A DNA stretch of 32,067 bases from a virus (taxonomy: Duplodnaviria > Caudoviricetes), in the IMG/VR virus record IMGVR_UViG_3300037419_000602, positions 1 to 32,067 of that record, one strand, 5' to 3'. This document shows, in pieces, positions 16,235 to 25,658 of this stretch. The notes beneath the pieces are model-generated. The model was not told where the DNA came from, ran no database searches, and saw only the letters and a program-made list of their open reading frames with translations. The translations under genes and the position numbers were made by a program. How positions within the stretch are numbered: the stretch's first letter is position 1; every line of letters begins with the position of its first letter.

Positions 16235-16548
16235 TGGGCCTCACCGCTGGGATCATCGTTGGCGCGGGCGGCTATGTCGCCAACAAGCTGAACACGAGCC
16301 AGAAGAAGAAGGACGTCCAAGACATCACGGTGGCGTCCCAGCGCACAAGCGATGCGTTGCAGCCTGTGACGCCACCACCCGCCCCGAGTGCGCTCAACGA
16401 TACCGTCGACCAAGCGAAGGCTATGACGGCGGCGGCTCGCCGGTATCGGATGCAGCAGACGCAGGGATTTAGCTCGACGTTACTCACGGGGGCGAGTGGC
16501 GACCGAACGACGGCGCCGTCCTCTCGGAAAACGTTGCTCGGGCTCTAG
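16234..16548 (+). CDS. Small pre-portal virion protein (positional equivalent of T7 gp7.3)
   Basis: Pro/Ala-rich, with GFSSTLLTG and C-terminal KTLLG typical of podovirus pre-portal proteins. Confidence 0.7.
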   Translation: MGLTAGIIVGAGGYVANKLNTSQKKKDVQDITVASQRTSDALQPVTPPPAPSALNDTVDQAKAMTAAARRYRMQQTQGFSSTLLTGASGDRTTAPSSRKTLLGL

Positions 16549-16551
16549 CGA

Positions 16552-18324
16552 ATGCCTGACACGTTGGCGCCGCCCTATGCGATCGAGAAGCGCAAGCAGT
16601 GCGAACAGCTGCGTGCAGATCTCTGGTCGGCGCGATCGAGTTTCGACAGCCATTGGCGCGAACTCTCGCAGTTCTACCTCCCGCGGCGCGCGCGTTTCCA
16701 AACGTCGGACACCAACAAAGGCGACAAGCGGCACCAGAACATCATCGACTCGACCGGCACCGAGTCCGCGCAGACCTGCGCCGCCGGAATGCATTCAGGC
16801 ATCACGAGCCCAGCGCGCCCGTGGTTCAAGCTCACCGTGCCCGATGCAGACTTGGCCGAACGCGACGATGTCAAACAGTACCTGCATGACGTCGAGACGC
16901 GCATGCAGAAGGCGATGGTCAAGTCCAACTATTACAAAACGCTCTCGACGCTCTATCAAGATTTGGGCGTCTTCGGCACCGGCGCGTTTCTCATCCTCGA
17001 AGACGACCAGACCGTCTTTCGCTGCTACGATTACTCGCTCGGGACCTTCGCGGTCGCCAACGACGAACGCCGAGAAGTCCGCATTTTCGTGCGCGTCTGC
17101 GCGATGACGGCGTTCCAGATCGTGAAACGCTGGGGCAACCTCGACGCGCTTGGGCGTCCTGACTTCCTGCGCGACGAGCCGTCGACGATCTCCGTCACGG
17201 TCCAAAACCTGTGGCGTCGGAGCCCGCACACGTACGTCGACGTCATCCATGTCATCCAGCCGAACGCCTCGTACGACGGCGAGAAGATCGCCGCGAAATA
17301 CAAGCGGTACGAGGAGATCTACTACGAGGTCGGGAGTTCAGGGCGTGAGTTGAACGACTCGGGATTCCTCGGGCACTCGGGCTACAGCGAATGGCCCGTG
17401 ATGGTCGGTCGCTGGGAGAAGGGCGACGAGGATGTGTACGGCACAAGCTGCCCCGGCATGACCGCCCTCGGCGATGTGAAACAGCTGCAACTCATGGAGC
17501 GACGGAAGGCGCAGGCGGTCGACAAGAAGGTAAATCCGCCACTCGTCGGTCCGAGTCGCTTGGTCAACAGCAAGGTGTCAGCGCTTCCCGGTGATGTGAA
17601 CTACGACGACACGCCGAGCGAGCGCTCAGGCTTGCGTCCGTTGTACCAGGTCACCTTCGACACGTCGGAGCTCCGCGAAGACCAGCAGGACGTGCGGAAT
17701 CGCGTCCGATCGGCGTTCCATGTGAACACGTTCTTGATGCTCAGCCAGAGCGAGCATGCGAAAACGGCCACCGAGGTCGATGAGCTCAAAGAGGAAAAGC
17801 TGTTGGTCATCGGGCCGACCCTCGAGCAGATCAACGACGACGTCCTCGACCAGAGCATTGAACGCATTTTCGGGATCATGCAGCGGAAGGGCTTATTCCC
17901 GCCCCCGCCGCCCGATCTCCAAGGCGAAAACCTGCACATCGAGTACGTCTCGATCGCCGCGCAGGCGTTGCGGATGGTCGGGATACAGAGCATCGAGCGC
18001 ACGGCGGCGTTTGCCGGCCAAGTGATGCAGGTCAAGGAGGAGGCGGGCGACGTCATCGACTTCGATCAACTCATCCGCGAGCACGGTGACGCGACCGGGG
18101 TTCCGCCGAAAGTGCTACGCTCAGACGACGATGTGGCTGCGATCCGCCAACAGCGGGCGCAGGCGATGGCGCAACAGCAGGCCGCACAGAATGTCCCGGC
18201 GATGGCCGGCGCGGCGCGTGATCTGTCGGAGACATCGACGCAGAATGATTCCGTGCTCGCCAAACTCGTGAACGGCCAAGCCGCTCGGGCGACGCTCAAT
18301 GCGACGGCGCGGCCGGCCGCGTGA
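16552..18324 (+). CDS. Portal / head-to-tail connector (T7 gp8, BPP-1 type)
   Basis: GITSPARPWFKL, DLGVFGTG, RW.....YG.SCPGMTALGD.KQLQ, TATEV....EEKL..IGP.LE and IEYVS..AQA. Confidence 0.95.
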   Translation: MPDTLAPPYAIEKRKQCEQLRADLWSARSSFDSHWRELSQFYLPRRARFQTSDTNKGDKRHQNIIDSTGTESAQTCAAGMHSGITSPARPWFKLTVPDADLAERDDVKQYLHDVETRMQKAMVKSNYYKTLSTLYQDLGVFGTGAFLILEDDQTVFRCYDYSLGTFAVANDERREVRIFVRVCAMTAFQIVKRWGNLDALGRPDFLRDEPSTISVTVQNLWRRSPHTYVDVIHVIQPNASYDGEKIAAKYKRYEEIYYEVGSSGRELNDSGFLGHSGYSEWPVMVGRWEKGDEDVYGTSCPGMTALGDVKQLQLMERRKAQAVDKKVNPPLVGPSRLVNSKVSALPGDVNYDDTPSERSGLRPLYQVTFDTSELREDQQDVRNRVRSAFHVNTFLMLSQSEHAKTATEVDELKEEKLLVIGPTLEQINDDVLDQSIERIFGIMQRKGLFPPPPPDLQGENLHIEYVSIAAQALRMVGIQSIERTAAFAGQVMQVKEEAGDVIDFDQLIREHGDATGVPPKVLRSDDDVAAIRQQRAQAMAQQQAAQNVPAMAGAARDLSETSTQNDSVLAKLVNGQAARATLNATARPAA

Positions 18325-18731
18325 TGCAGCCGCCGAAACATCGGGCCTTGGTTGGCAACGCGGGCGATCCAGCGCAAGTCGCGGCGGCGCGCGAAACCGA
18401 AACGATCCGGCGCGAGCGCGAAGCGAACGAACTCCGCGCGGTCGTTGGGACGGTCGACGGCGGACGCGTGTTGTGGCGCATTCTTGCGGACTGTGGCGCG
18501 TTCCGGCAATCCGAATCGCTCGAACCGCAATACCTCGCGTACCGCGAAGGCCAACGCGCGGTGGCGCTCGGGCTGATTGCGGACATCAACGCCGTCGATG
18601 CTGACGCCTACCTCCGCATGCAGCAAGACAACATCCACCTCCAATCGTTGCGGGTGACGCCAAAGACCAAGCGTCGCGCGGACGACCCGAACGAATCTTC
18701 CACCACCGATGAGCACACTGATGGCCACTGA
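18321..18731 (+). CDS. Bbp19-like small protein following the portal
   Basis: GGRVLWRIL..CG.F.......AYREGQRAVAL motif and position. Confidence 0.75.
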   Translation: MMQPPKHRALVGNAGDPAQVAAARETETIRREREANELRAVVGTVDGGRVLWRILADCGAFRQSESLEPQYLAYREGQRAVALGLIADINAVDADAYLRMQQDNIHLQSLRVTPKTKRRADDPNESSTTDEHTDGH

Positions 18732-19479
18732 GGGAACGCCCACGACCGAGACTGAGGTCACCCCGCCGCCCGCGGTGGAGGCGGCTCCCGTTGTCGCTCC
18801 GGTCGAGTCGACGTCCGCTGCGGAGCCTCCGAAGGACGAGGTGCCGAAGGACGAACGTCCGCGTGGACCAGACGGGAAGTTTCTTCCCAAGGACGCGAAC
18901 GACAGCAAGGACACGAAGGACACCAAGAATCCAAAGGACGCGCCAAGCACTGCGGTCGCGCCTGAGACATACGACCTGGTATTACCGAAGGACGCAGCAC
19001 TCACCGACGCATCGCGTGAGAGGATCGCCGCCATTGCGCGCGCGCGAGGACTCAGCAACGATGCCGCGCAAGATGTGCTGAATGCAGCAAACGCCGAAGT
19101 TCGCGCCGCGCTCGACGCGCAGGCCGAGGCGTGGAAGCCGGGCGAGGGTCCGGAATGGAAACGCCGCGACGACGGCTGGAAGGCAGACGCGCTCAAGGAT
19201 CCAGACATCGGCGGCTCACCCGAGAAGCTTGCGAAGTCCGTCGAGCTCGGACAGGCCGCGCTCACGCGATTCGGGGAGGCTGCGATGACGGAGTTCTTAC
19301 AGACGACCGGCCTCGGCTCGCATCCGGCCGTGATCCGACTGCTGGCGAAGATCGGCAAGGCGATGGCCGAGCCGACCACGGCAGCGAGCGGCACGCCGAT
19401 TGGTGGAGCAAAGTCGTTGGCGGAACGCATGTACCCGCAGGGGGGCGAAACGAAGCGCCAAAGTGGTGTTCCTGCGTGA
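18709..19479 (+). CDS. Capsid scaffolding protein
   Basis: Acidic Pro-rich N-terminus, RGPDGKF, DPDIGG, TGLGSHPAVIR...IGK.MAE and LAERMY; immediately upstream of the major capsid gene. Confidence 0.85.
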   Translation: MSTLMATEGTPTTETEVTPPPAVEAAPVVAPVESTSAAEPPKDEVPKDERPRGPDGKFLPKDANDSKDTKDTKNPKDAPSTAVAPETYDLVLPKDAALTDASRERIAAIARARGLSNDAAQDVLNAANAEVRAALDAQAEAWKPGEGPEWKRRDDGWKADALKDPDIGGSPEKLAKSVELGQAALTRFGEAAMTEFLQTTGLGSHPAVIRLLAKIGKAMAEPTTAASGTPIGGAKSLAERMYPQGGETKRQSGVPA

Positions 19480-19529
19480 GATCCACATGAAGTAACTCGT
19501 ATGCAGCAGGTCTCATTCTCTCTTTTCTA

Positions 19530-19550
19530 ACGTCGTGAGACGTCAGGAGT
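19530..19550 (+). promoter_or_regulatory. GUGA-tetraloop hairpin plus SD of the major capsid gene
   Basis: ACGTC-GTGA-GACGT-C-AGGAGT; ATG lies 27 nt from the hairpin start. Confidence 0.7.
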
Positions 19551-19556
19551 CCAATC

Positions 19557-20573
19557 ATGGCCGCTCTCTCTACCGGCATCGTTCCATCGCTGGTTGACAT
19601 CGCGAAGACGCTCAACCCCGATGGCTCAACCGCCGTCGTGGCCGAGCTCTTGAACCAAACGAACGAAATCGTCCAGGACGTGCCCTGGATGGAAGGCAAC
19701 ATGACCACGGGCAACCGCACCACGGTTCGCACGGGTCTTCCCTCCGTCGCGTGGCGATTGCTCAACGCCGGCATCCAGCCGTCGACGGGCAAAACCGCGC
19801 AGATCGACGAACAGTGCGGCAAGATGGAAAGCTGGGCGCAGTGCGACGTGGCGCTGGCGAAGCTGTCGGGGAACGTGTCCCAGTATCGGCTCAACGAGTC
19901 GGCGGCGCACATCGAGGCGATGGGTCAGGAATTCGCCTCGGTCCTGCTCTACGGCAACTCTGGTCTCAATCCCGAGAAGTTCACCGGGCTGTCGGTGCGG
20001 TATTCGGCGATCTCTGGCGCCGGCAACGCACAGAACGTCGTGGACGCGGGTGGAACGGGCTCCGACAACACGAGCATTTGGCTTGTGGTTTGGGGCGAGC
20101 GCACGATCCACGGCATTTACCCCAAGGGATCGGTCGGCGGGTTGCAGCACAACGATCTCGGGGAGGAGACGGTCCAAACCGACACGGGCGGAACGACCGC
20201 GAAGCTCATGCGCGCGTATCGTGACCAGTTCGTGTGGGACTGCGGGATCGCGCTCAAGGATTGGCGCGCCGTCGTTCGTGTCGCGAACATCGACGTCTCG
20301 AACCTCGTCGCGCAGTCGTCTGACGCCAACCTCCGCGTCATGATGATCAAGGCGCTGGGTCGGTTGCCCGCGCAATTCCTGACGGGCGGCAAGGCGGTCT
20401 TCTACGTGAACCGCACGGTCGGCACGATGCTCGACATCCAGGCGCTGACCGCCGTGGGCTCTGGTGGTGGACTGACATACCAGAACTTCGACGGTCGCCG
20501 GGTGCTCACGTTCCAAGGCGTTCCCGTTCGTACGGTCGACGCGATCCTCAACACCGAAGCCCGCGTTGTCTAA
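19557..20573 (+). CDS. Major capsid protein (BPP-1 Bbp17 / epsilon15 gp7-like)
   Basis: ELLNQTNEI.QD.PW.EGN...G..TTVRTGLP...WR, TSIWLVVWG...GIYPKGS..GL, DWR.VVR.ANID and F.GVPVR..DAILNTEA. Strong SD. Confidence 0.93.
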   Translation: MAALSTGIVPSLVDIAKTLNPDGSTAVVAELLNQTNEIVQDVPWMEGNMTTGNRTTVRTGLPSVAWRLLNAGIQPSTGKTAQIDEQCGKMESWAQCDVALAKLSGNVSQYRLNESAAHIEAMGQEFASVLLYGNSGLNPEKFTGLSVRYSAISGAGNAQNVVDAGGTGSDNTSIWLVVWGERTIHGIYPKGSVGGLQHNDLGEETVQTDTGGTTAKLMRAYRDQFVWDCGIALKDWRAVVRVANIDVSNLVAQSSDANLRVMMIKALGRLPAQFLTGGKAVFYVNRTVGTMLDIQALTAVGSGGGLTYQNFDGRRVLTFQGVPVRTVDAILNTEARVV

Positions 20574-20585
20574 CCTTTCACTCTC

Positions 20586-20606
20586 ACGCCGTGAGGCGTT
20601 AGGAGT
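20586..20606 (+). promoter_or_regulatory. GUGA-tetraloop hairpin plus SD of the cement protein gene
   Basis: ACGCC-GTGA-GGCGT-T-AGGAGT; ATG lies 27 nt from the hairpin start. Confidence 0.7.
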
Positions 20607-20612
20607 TTTCTC

Positions 20613-21077
20613 ATGATTCTCGATTCCCTGCTCAAAGTCTCGGCCTCGCAAGCCCTGACGGCTACCGCGGTCGCGACGAACACCTACGACCAGGGCGCCC
20701 CGTACACGTCCGGCGGGACCAATACCGAAATCGGCGAAGGTGAGCCGATGGGCTTCCTCGTCAACGTGGAGGTCGCGGCCGACTTCACGACCGGCGACGA
20801 GACCTACGAGTTTGACGTGGTGTCGGCCACGGCGGCGGATGGGACCACGGGCCAGCTGATCCATCTCAAGATGGCGCTGCTCGCGTCCTATCTCGTGGCG
20901 GGCCGCAACGTCTTCGTGCCGATCCCGCCAGGGATCATCACGCAGCGGTACATCACGCTCAAGTACATCCTTGCGGGCACCACGCCGACGCTGACGGTCT
21001 CGGCGTATCTCGTGCCGGCCGCGCAGTACGAGTCGGTGAAGAAGTATTACTCGACCGCCAGCACGACGGCGGCGTAA
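20613..21077 (+). CDS. Capsid cement/decoration protein (Bbp16-like)
   Basis: MILD..L..S..QA.TATA..TN..D, IG.GEP and RYI.LKY...GT; directly follows the major capsid gene. Confidence 0.85.
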   Translation: MILDSLLKVSASQALTATAVATNTYDQGAPYTSGGTNTEIGEGEPMGFLVNVEVAADFTTGDETYEFDVVSATAADGTTGQLIHLKMALLASYLVAGRNVFVPIPPGIITQRYITLKYILAGTTPTLTVSAYLVPAAQYESVKKYYSTASTTAA

Positions 21078-21085
21078 GGATCGTT

Positions 21086-21125
21086 CCCGTGGGTGCAGTA
21101 GATCGCGCTCACGGGGGCTTCTCTC
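21086..21125 (+). terminator. Stem-loop after the capsid genes; putative weak terminator or mRNA stabiliser
   Basis: CCCGTGGGTGC-N8-GCGCTCACGGG, an 11-bp stem with two G-U pairs, followed by only a weak pyrimidine tail. Confidence 0.5.
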
Positions 21126-21170
21126 CTCCGAATCCCCAGTCAGCATTTTCTCATTTCAGGAGTCGTACAC

Positions 21171-21581
21171 ATGCCCATCGCGAAAAAGAAGGCGCGCAAG
21201 GTGGAGGCGCCCGTCGTCCGGAAGACGGAAGAAGCGCCGGATGTGGTCCGCGTTCGCGCGACCAAGGAAGGGTTCTACGGCAACCTCCTCCGCAATCCCG
21301 GCGACGTGTTTCTGATGGAGACCGCCGTCATGGAGCCGGTGCCGAGTGATGAGTCCTTGAAGGAGTTGGAGCCCAAGGACCGGAAGGCGCAGCAACAGCG
21401 TATCGACACGTACGAGCACATCGAGACGGCGCAGGGGACGTTTCTCCTCCCGTCCTGGGTCGAGTGCGTCGACGAGGATGAAGCGCTGACCACGCCGTCC
21501 GGGCATCAGACGATCGTCGCATCCACCCCGCCCGGTCATCCCACGACCGTTCCGGGCGAGAAGTCCAAGAGTGTGCTGTAG
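21171..21581 (+). CDS. Hypothetical protein in the head-tail region
   Basis: SD AGGAG; VRATKEGFYG..LR.PGDVF...SW motif, as seen in small post-capsid phage proteins. Confidence 0.75.
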   Translation: MPIAKKKARKVEAPVVRKTEEAPDVVRVRATKEGFYGNLLRNPGDVFLMETAVMEPVPSDESLKELEPKDRKAQQQRIDTYEHIETAQGTFLLPSWVECVDEDEALTTPSGHQTIVASTPPGHPTTVPGEKSKSVL

Positions 21582-21633
21582 GCCGGTATCCGGTTTCTCA
21601 GTCTTCTCACGAGCGAAGCGGAGCGCGTAGGCG

Positions 21634-22296
21634 ATGGCTCTCGTTACTCACGACGCAACCAGTATTGCGAACTTGGCGCTCCGACACATTGGCATCGGGA
21701 AACCGATCGCGAGTCTGTCGGAGCAGACCGAGAACGCCATCGCCTGCGCGGCTTTCTACCAGCAGACCAAAGAAGAAATCCTCCGCGAATTCCCCTGGCC
21801 GTTCGCATGGACGTACGCCCCGCTCGACCTCGTCGATGGCTCAGCGGACATCGCGACCGCGCAAGACTTTCAGTACGCGTACCGCCTGCCGGCGGACGCC
21901 ATTCGGGTGCATCGCATCCTCGGAGACACGCGACAAGCGGGGACCGAAAGTCGTATCCCGTTTTCGTTGGGCTCGGACGCGACGGGCGGGTTGCTCTACA
22001 CCGATTCGGCGCCGATCGCGGCGTCCACGTCGCAGCTGCAACAGCCCCAACTCGAGTACACGCGCAACGTCGACGAGTCCGACCTGCCGTCCGATGTGGC
22101 GCAGTGCATCGCGCTCAAACTCGCATTCTATCTGGCCCCAGCCCTGACCGGTGGCGACCCAAATAAGCTCGGTGCGCGCGCATATCAACTGCTCTATGGG
22201 CCAGGTGGTCAGTTCGATCGCGCGGCCGGGGCGGCGGCGCGGGAACAACAATTCGATCCAGAGCCAGAGTCGGAGTTCATCACGACCCGGCTATGA
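21634..22296 (+). CDS. Tail tubular protein A / adaptor (T7 gp11-like)
   Basis: SIANLAL.HIG...I.SL.E, L.EFPWPFA, FQYAY.LPAD.IR and IALKLA..LAP.LT. Confidence 0.88.
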   Translation: MALVTHDATSIANLALRHIGIGKPIASLSEQTENAIACAAFYQQTKEEILREFPWPFAWTYAPLDLVDGSADIATAQDFQYAYRLPADAIRVHRILGDTRQAGTESRIPFSLGSDATGGLLYTDSAPIAASTSQLQQPQLEYTRNVDESDLPSDVAQCIALKLAFYLAPALTGGDPNKLGARAYQLLYGPGGQFDRAAGAAAREQQFDPEPESEFITTRL

Positions 22297-24554
22297 GCAA
22301 TCTTGCCATCCGAAGCTTTGCCAGCGGGGAACTCGCCCCAGCCCTCTACGCGCGGACCGACCTTGCGCGCTATGAGAACGGGCTTCGGACCTGTCGCAAC
22401 TACGTCATCATGCGACAGGGCGGCGTCACGAAACGGCCGGGGACGCAGTTCATTGCCCGCGTTAAGGATTCGACCAAGCGGGTTCGGCTTGTGCCGTTCG
22501 TGTTCAATGTCCGCCAAGCGTTCGCGCTCGAGTTCGGGGACCGCTACGTCCGATTCTATCAGAACGCGGGCCGTGTGCTCGACGACGATGCGACGACCAT
22601 TCTCGAAGTCGCCTCACCGTATCTCGAAGCGGATCTGGCATCGTTGCAGTACGTGCAGGCGGGGGACGTGCTCACGATCGTGCATCCGTCGTATCCGCCG
22701 TACGAGCTCCAGCGCCATTCGAATACGGAGTGGACGCTCACGCCCATCGTCTTCGGCACGACCGTTCCCACGCCGACGTTCACCTCGATCATCGGTGGCG
22801 ATCCAGGCACCTCGCGGACCGTGGCGTATGTCGTCACGGGAGTGGACGCCAACGGGGACGAATCGCTGGCGAGTGACCCAATCACGCACGGCTTCCCGCC
22901 AAAGGACCCGCTCTACCCGATCGGACTCACGGCGACATTCACCGGCGATGTGCTGACCGCGAACGTCTATCGTCAAGACAACGAGTCTGGCGTGTACGGC
23001 TTCATCTTCTCCGCGATCGTGGAGGCGGGCACGATCACGGTCCTGGATTACGGGACGATCCCCGACCTCACGCTCCAACCACCGATCGACAAAAGCTCAA
23101 CGCTGTTCAATTCGGCGGACAACTATCCGTCTGTTGTCGCCTACTATCAGCAACGCCTCATCTTCGCGAACACGAACACGCACCCCGATACGGTGTGGTG
23201 CTCGCGCACGGCGTTGTATCACAACTTCAACACGTCGGTGATCGTCCAGGATGACGACGCGATCACGTTCCGACTCGTGTCGGACGAAGTCGACGCGATC
23301 CGCCATGTTCTCAATCTCGGGCGACTCATCATCGGAACGGAAGGCGTCGACTGGATTGTGGAAGGCGATGGGAACGGAACGCTGACGCCGATCGCGGTCA
23401 ACTCCCGCGTGGGCTCCTATGACGGCATGGCGGCGCTCAAGCCCATCAAGACCGGCGCCCACATGCTGTTCGTGCAAGCGATGGGGGCCGCCGTTCGAGA
23501 ACTCCAATCGGACGTGCAGTTCGGAACGTACTCGCTCGTCGGCGGCGATGTCACGGTCTACTCGAGTCACCTCGTCGACGGGTTCGCGATCGTCGACTGG
23601 GCGTTCCAGCAGGAGCCGTTGCACATCGTCTGGGCGGTCCGGTCGGACGGCGTGCTGCTCTCGCTCACGTACATCCCCGACCAGCAAGTCCTCGGCTGGG
23701 CGCGACACGACACGGACGGCTACGTCGAAAACGTGTGTGTCATTCCCGAAGGCTCGACGCACTGGCTCTACCTCGTGGTGCGCCGATTCGTCGACGGCTC
23801 CTATCGCCGGTATGTCGAACGCATGGCGACCACGAACGTGACGCCGGTCTTCGCGACGCCGGAAGCGGCGGCGCAAGGCGGGATCTTCACGCCGCCGCCG
23901 CCGCCCGGTGCCCCGCCGCCGAGTGGGAGTCCCGTGGTTTCGCCGACGAGTCCCAGCACGACGGACGTGAGCGCCACCGGTGCCACGGCGAATTGGGTGT
24001 TTGGGAATCCGATCGCGCCGACGCGCGTCGAGATCCGGCCCGTCACCCAGCCGCCGAGCGAATGGAGTGTGATTACCATCAACGGCGGTCTACAGTCACG
24101 CGAGTTCACCGGGCTGACGCCAACCACGCGCTACGAATGGCGCGTCGCCCATGTGCTGGGCGCACTCCTCTCCGACTATCTCGGTCCCTCGGCCGCAACC
24201 ACGTTCATCACGACCGCGGCCACGCAGCTCTTGGCTGCTCCGCCCTCGTCGCCGGCAATCTCGATTGCGTTCTCGGACGTTGGGTTCACGGACATCACCG
24301 TCTCGTGGGCCGCCGCGGTGGCTGGACAACTGAGTGTCGTGGCGATCGCTGGACCGTTGACGACCCCGCCCGACGAGGCGGACTACGCCGCCTTCTCGTA
24401 TGCGGCCGGTGTCTCGTCGGCGGTCCAGCGGATCACAGCGTCCGGGCTGTATTGGGTTCGGGTCCGGTACGAGCCGGTCGACCCAGCGTCCGTCTTCTCG
24501 CCGTCCGCATGGGCGGGCCCGACACAGGCGATCGTCACGGTCTTCGCGCCCTAA
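22293..24554 (+). CDS. Tail tubular protein B / nozzle, N-terminal part, fused to a proline linker and two FN3-like domains
   Basis: SFASGELAP.LY.R.DL..Y..G...CRN....QGG...RPGT.F, YPS.V.YYQQRL.FA and W.VRSDG.L..LTY...QQV.GWARH.T...RRYVERM. These are followed by PPPPPGAPPPSG and an FN3 signature (TGLTPTTRYEWRV). Confidence 0.9.
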   Translation: MSNLAIRSFASGELAPALYARTDLARYENGLRTCRNYVIMRQGGVTKRPGTQFIARVKDSTKRVRLVPFVFNVRQAFALEFGDRYVRFYQNAGRVLDDDATTILEVASPYLEADLASLQYVQAGDVLTIVHPSYPPYELQRHSNTEWTLTPIVFGTTVPTPTFTSIIGGDPGTSRTVAYVVTGVDANGDESLASDPITHGFPPKDPLYPIGLTATFTGDVLTANVYRQDNESGVYGFIFSAIVEAGTITVLDYGTIPDLTLQPPIDKSSTLFNSADNYPSVVAYYQQRLIFANTNTHPDTVWCSRTALYHNFNTSVIVQDDDAITFRLVSDEVDAIRHVLNLGRLIIGTEGVDWIVEGDGNGTLTPIAVNSRVGSYDGMAALKPIKTGAHMLFVQAMGAAVRELQSDVQFGTYSLVGGDVTVYSSHLVDGFAIVDWAFQQEPLHIVWAVRSDGVLLSLTYIPDQQVLGWARHDTDGYVENVCVIPEGSTHWLYLVVRRFVDGSYRRYVERMATTNVTPVFATPEAAAQGGIFTPPPPPGAPPPSGSPVVSPTSPSTTDVSATGATANWVFGNPIAPTRVEIRPVTQPPSEWSVITINGGLQSREFTGLTPTTRYEWRVAHVLGALLSDYLGPSAATTFITTAATQLLAAPPSSPAISIAFSDVGFTDITVSWAAAVAGQLSVVAIAGPLTTPPDEADYAAFSYAAGVSSAVQRITASGLYWVRVRYEPVDPASVFSPSAWAGPTQAIVTVFAP

Positions 24555-24572
24555 CGGAGAAAGAGAGCAACC

Positions 24573-25658
24573 ATGACACTGCCGGTCATTTACAACGCGG
24601 ACGATTTTTCGTGGGGCGCTGCGGGGTCATTCCGCACCGCCGCGTTCGAGACGTTCTACTATGGCGGACATAGCGACAACTCGATCGGCCAGAGCGGGCG
24701 CGGCACGCCGCAAGGCTACAGCATTATCGGAAGCCCGAACAACGGGTGGCTCGGCTGGGCGCTGATCAACCTCGCGACGGGCGCCGCGCTCACCCCGTCG
24801 CGCGTCGGGCAGTTCTTCGGGCACAACATGCGCGGGATCGCGAACGGCGCGCCGAATCTCATTTTCTGCAAGTGGCTCGAGGCGCAGGGTGGTCCGACGC
24901 ACGTCCAACTGATCACCGACGCCGCCAACCACATCGTGGCGATGAACGGCAGCGGCGCCATCATCGGCACGAGTACCTTCGTGTATCCAGGGAGTGCGAG
25001 CGACGGCTCTGGACCCACCCCGGTTATCGAGGCGATTTGTACGGTCCATAGCTCGACGGGGAGTGTGCAGGTGAAAGTGGACGACGTTCTCGTGTTAGAT
25101 CTCTCGAATGTCAATACGCGAAACGGCGGGACCGGGGTGGTCGGCGCGGTCGAGATCCACAACGAAGCGACGCGCATCAGTTCCGAGTGGGTCATTCACG
25201 ACGGGTCTGCGTGGCTCGGCGCCGACAAACGCGTAGGCTGTTTCAATGCCGCCACGGCGGGCACCTACACGACGGGCACACCGACCGGCGCCGCGACTGC
25301 GGTCGCGTGTGTCGATGATGGGTTTCGGGAAGCCGAAAGTGATACGGTGCTCGCAATCGACGGAACGAGCCTACCCAAGAAGGCCACGTTCGGCGTGGAC
25401 GCGTTGCCCGCGAACGCGACGGGGGTCGTGTGTGTCATCCCGCAAGTCGTGGTCAAAAAGAGCGACGCGGGCACGAACACCGGGAAAGTCGCGCTCAAGT
25501 CAGGCGCGACGCTCACCCTCGATGCGAGTGCGCGGCTCATTCCCGATGCCTTTACCTCGCTGCGCCAGGGCCCGCACCATACGAATCCGAACACGACGGC
25601 GGCGTGGACGATCCTTGAAGTCAACGCGGCTCAGCCTGGGTTCGAGCGCGATTCATGA
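24573..25658 (+). CDS. Putative tail/receptor-binding protein, beta-rich and possibly ConA/LamG-like
   Basis: Gly/Thr/Ala-rich; GSVQVKVDDVLVL..SNVNT and C-terminal NPNT.AAWT..EVNAAQPG resemble phage minor tail proteins. SD-like GGAG/GAGAG upstream. Confidence 0.65.
   Translation: MTLPVIYNADDFSWGAAGSFRTAAFETFYYGGHSDNSIGQSGRGTPQGYSIIGSPNNGWLGWALINLATGAALTPSRVGQFFGHNMRGIANGAPNLIFCKWLEAQGGPTHVQLITDAANHIVAMNGSGAIIGTSTFVYPGSASDGSGPTPVIEAICTVHSSTGSVQVKVDDVLVLDLSNVNTRNGGTGVVGAVEIHNEATRISSEWVIHDGSAWLGADKRVGCFNAATAGTYTTGTPTGAATAVACVDDGFREAESDTVLAIDGTSLPKKATFGVDALPANATGVVCVIPQVVVKKSDAGTNTGKVALKSGATLTLDASARLIPDAFTSLRQGPHHTNPNTTAAWTILEVNAAQPGFERDS

Noticed and set aside
18885-18940. AAGGAC tandem repeats
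   Set aside because: They encode the low-complexity KD(T/A) linker of the scaffold protein.
19626-21146. Long minus-strand ORFs (also 18066-19430, 11608-12762, 4317-5342)
   Set aside because: Antisense shadows of well-supported + strand genes in GC-rich DNA, with no recognisable motifs.
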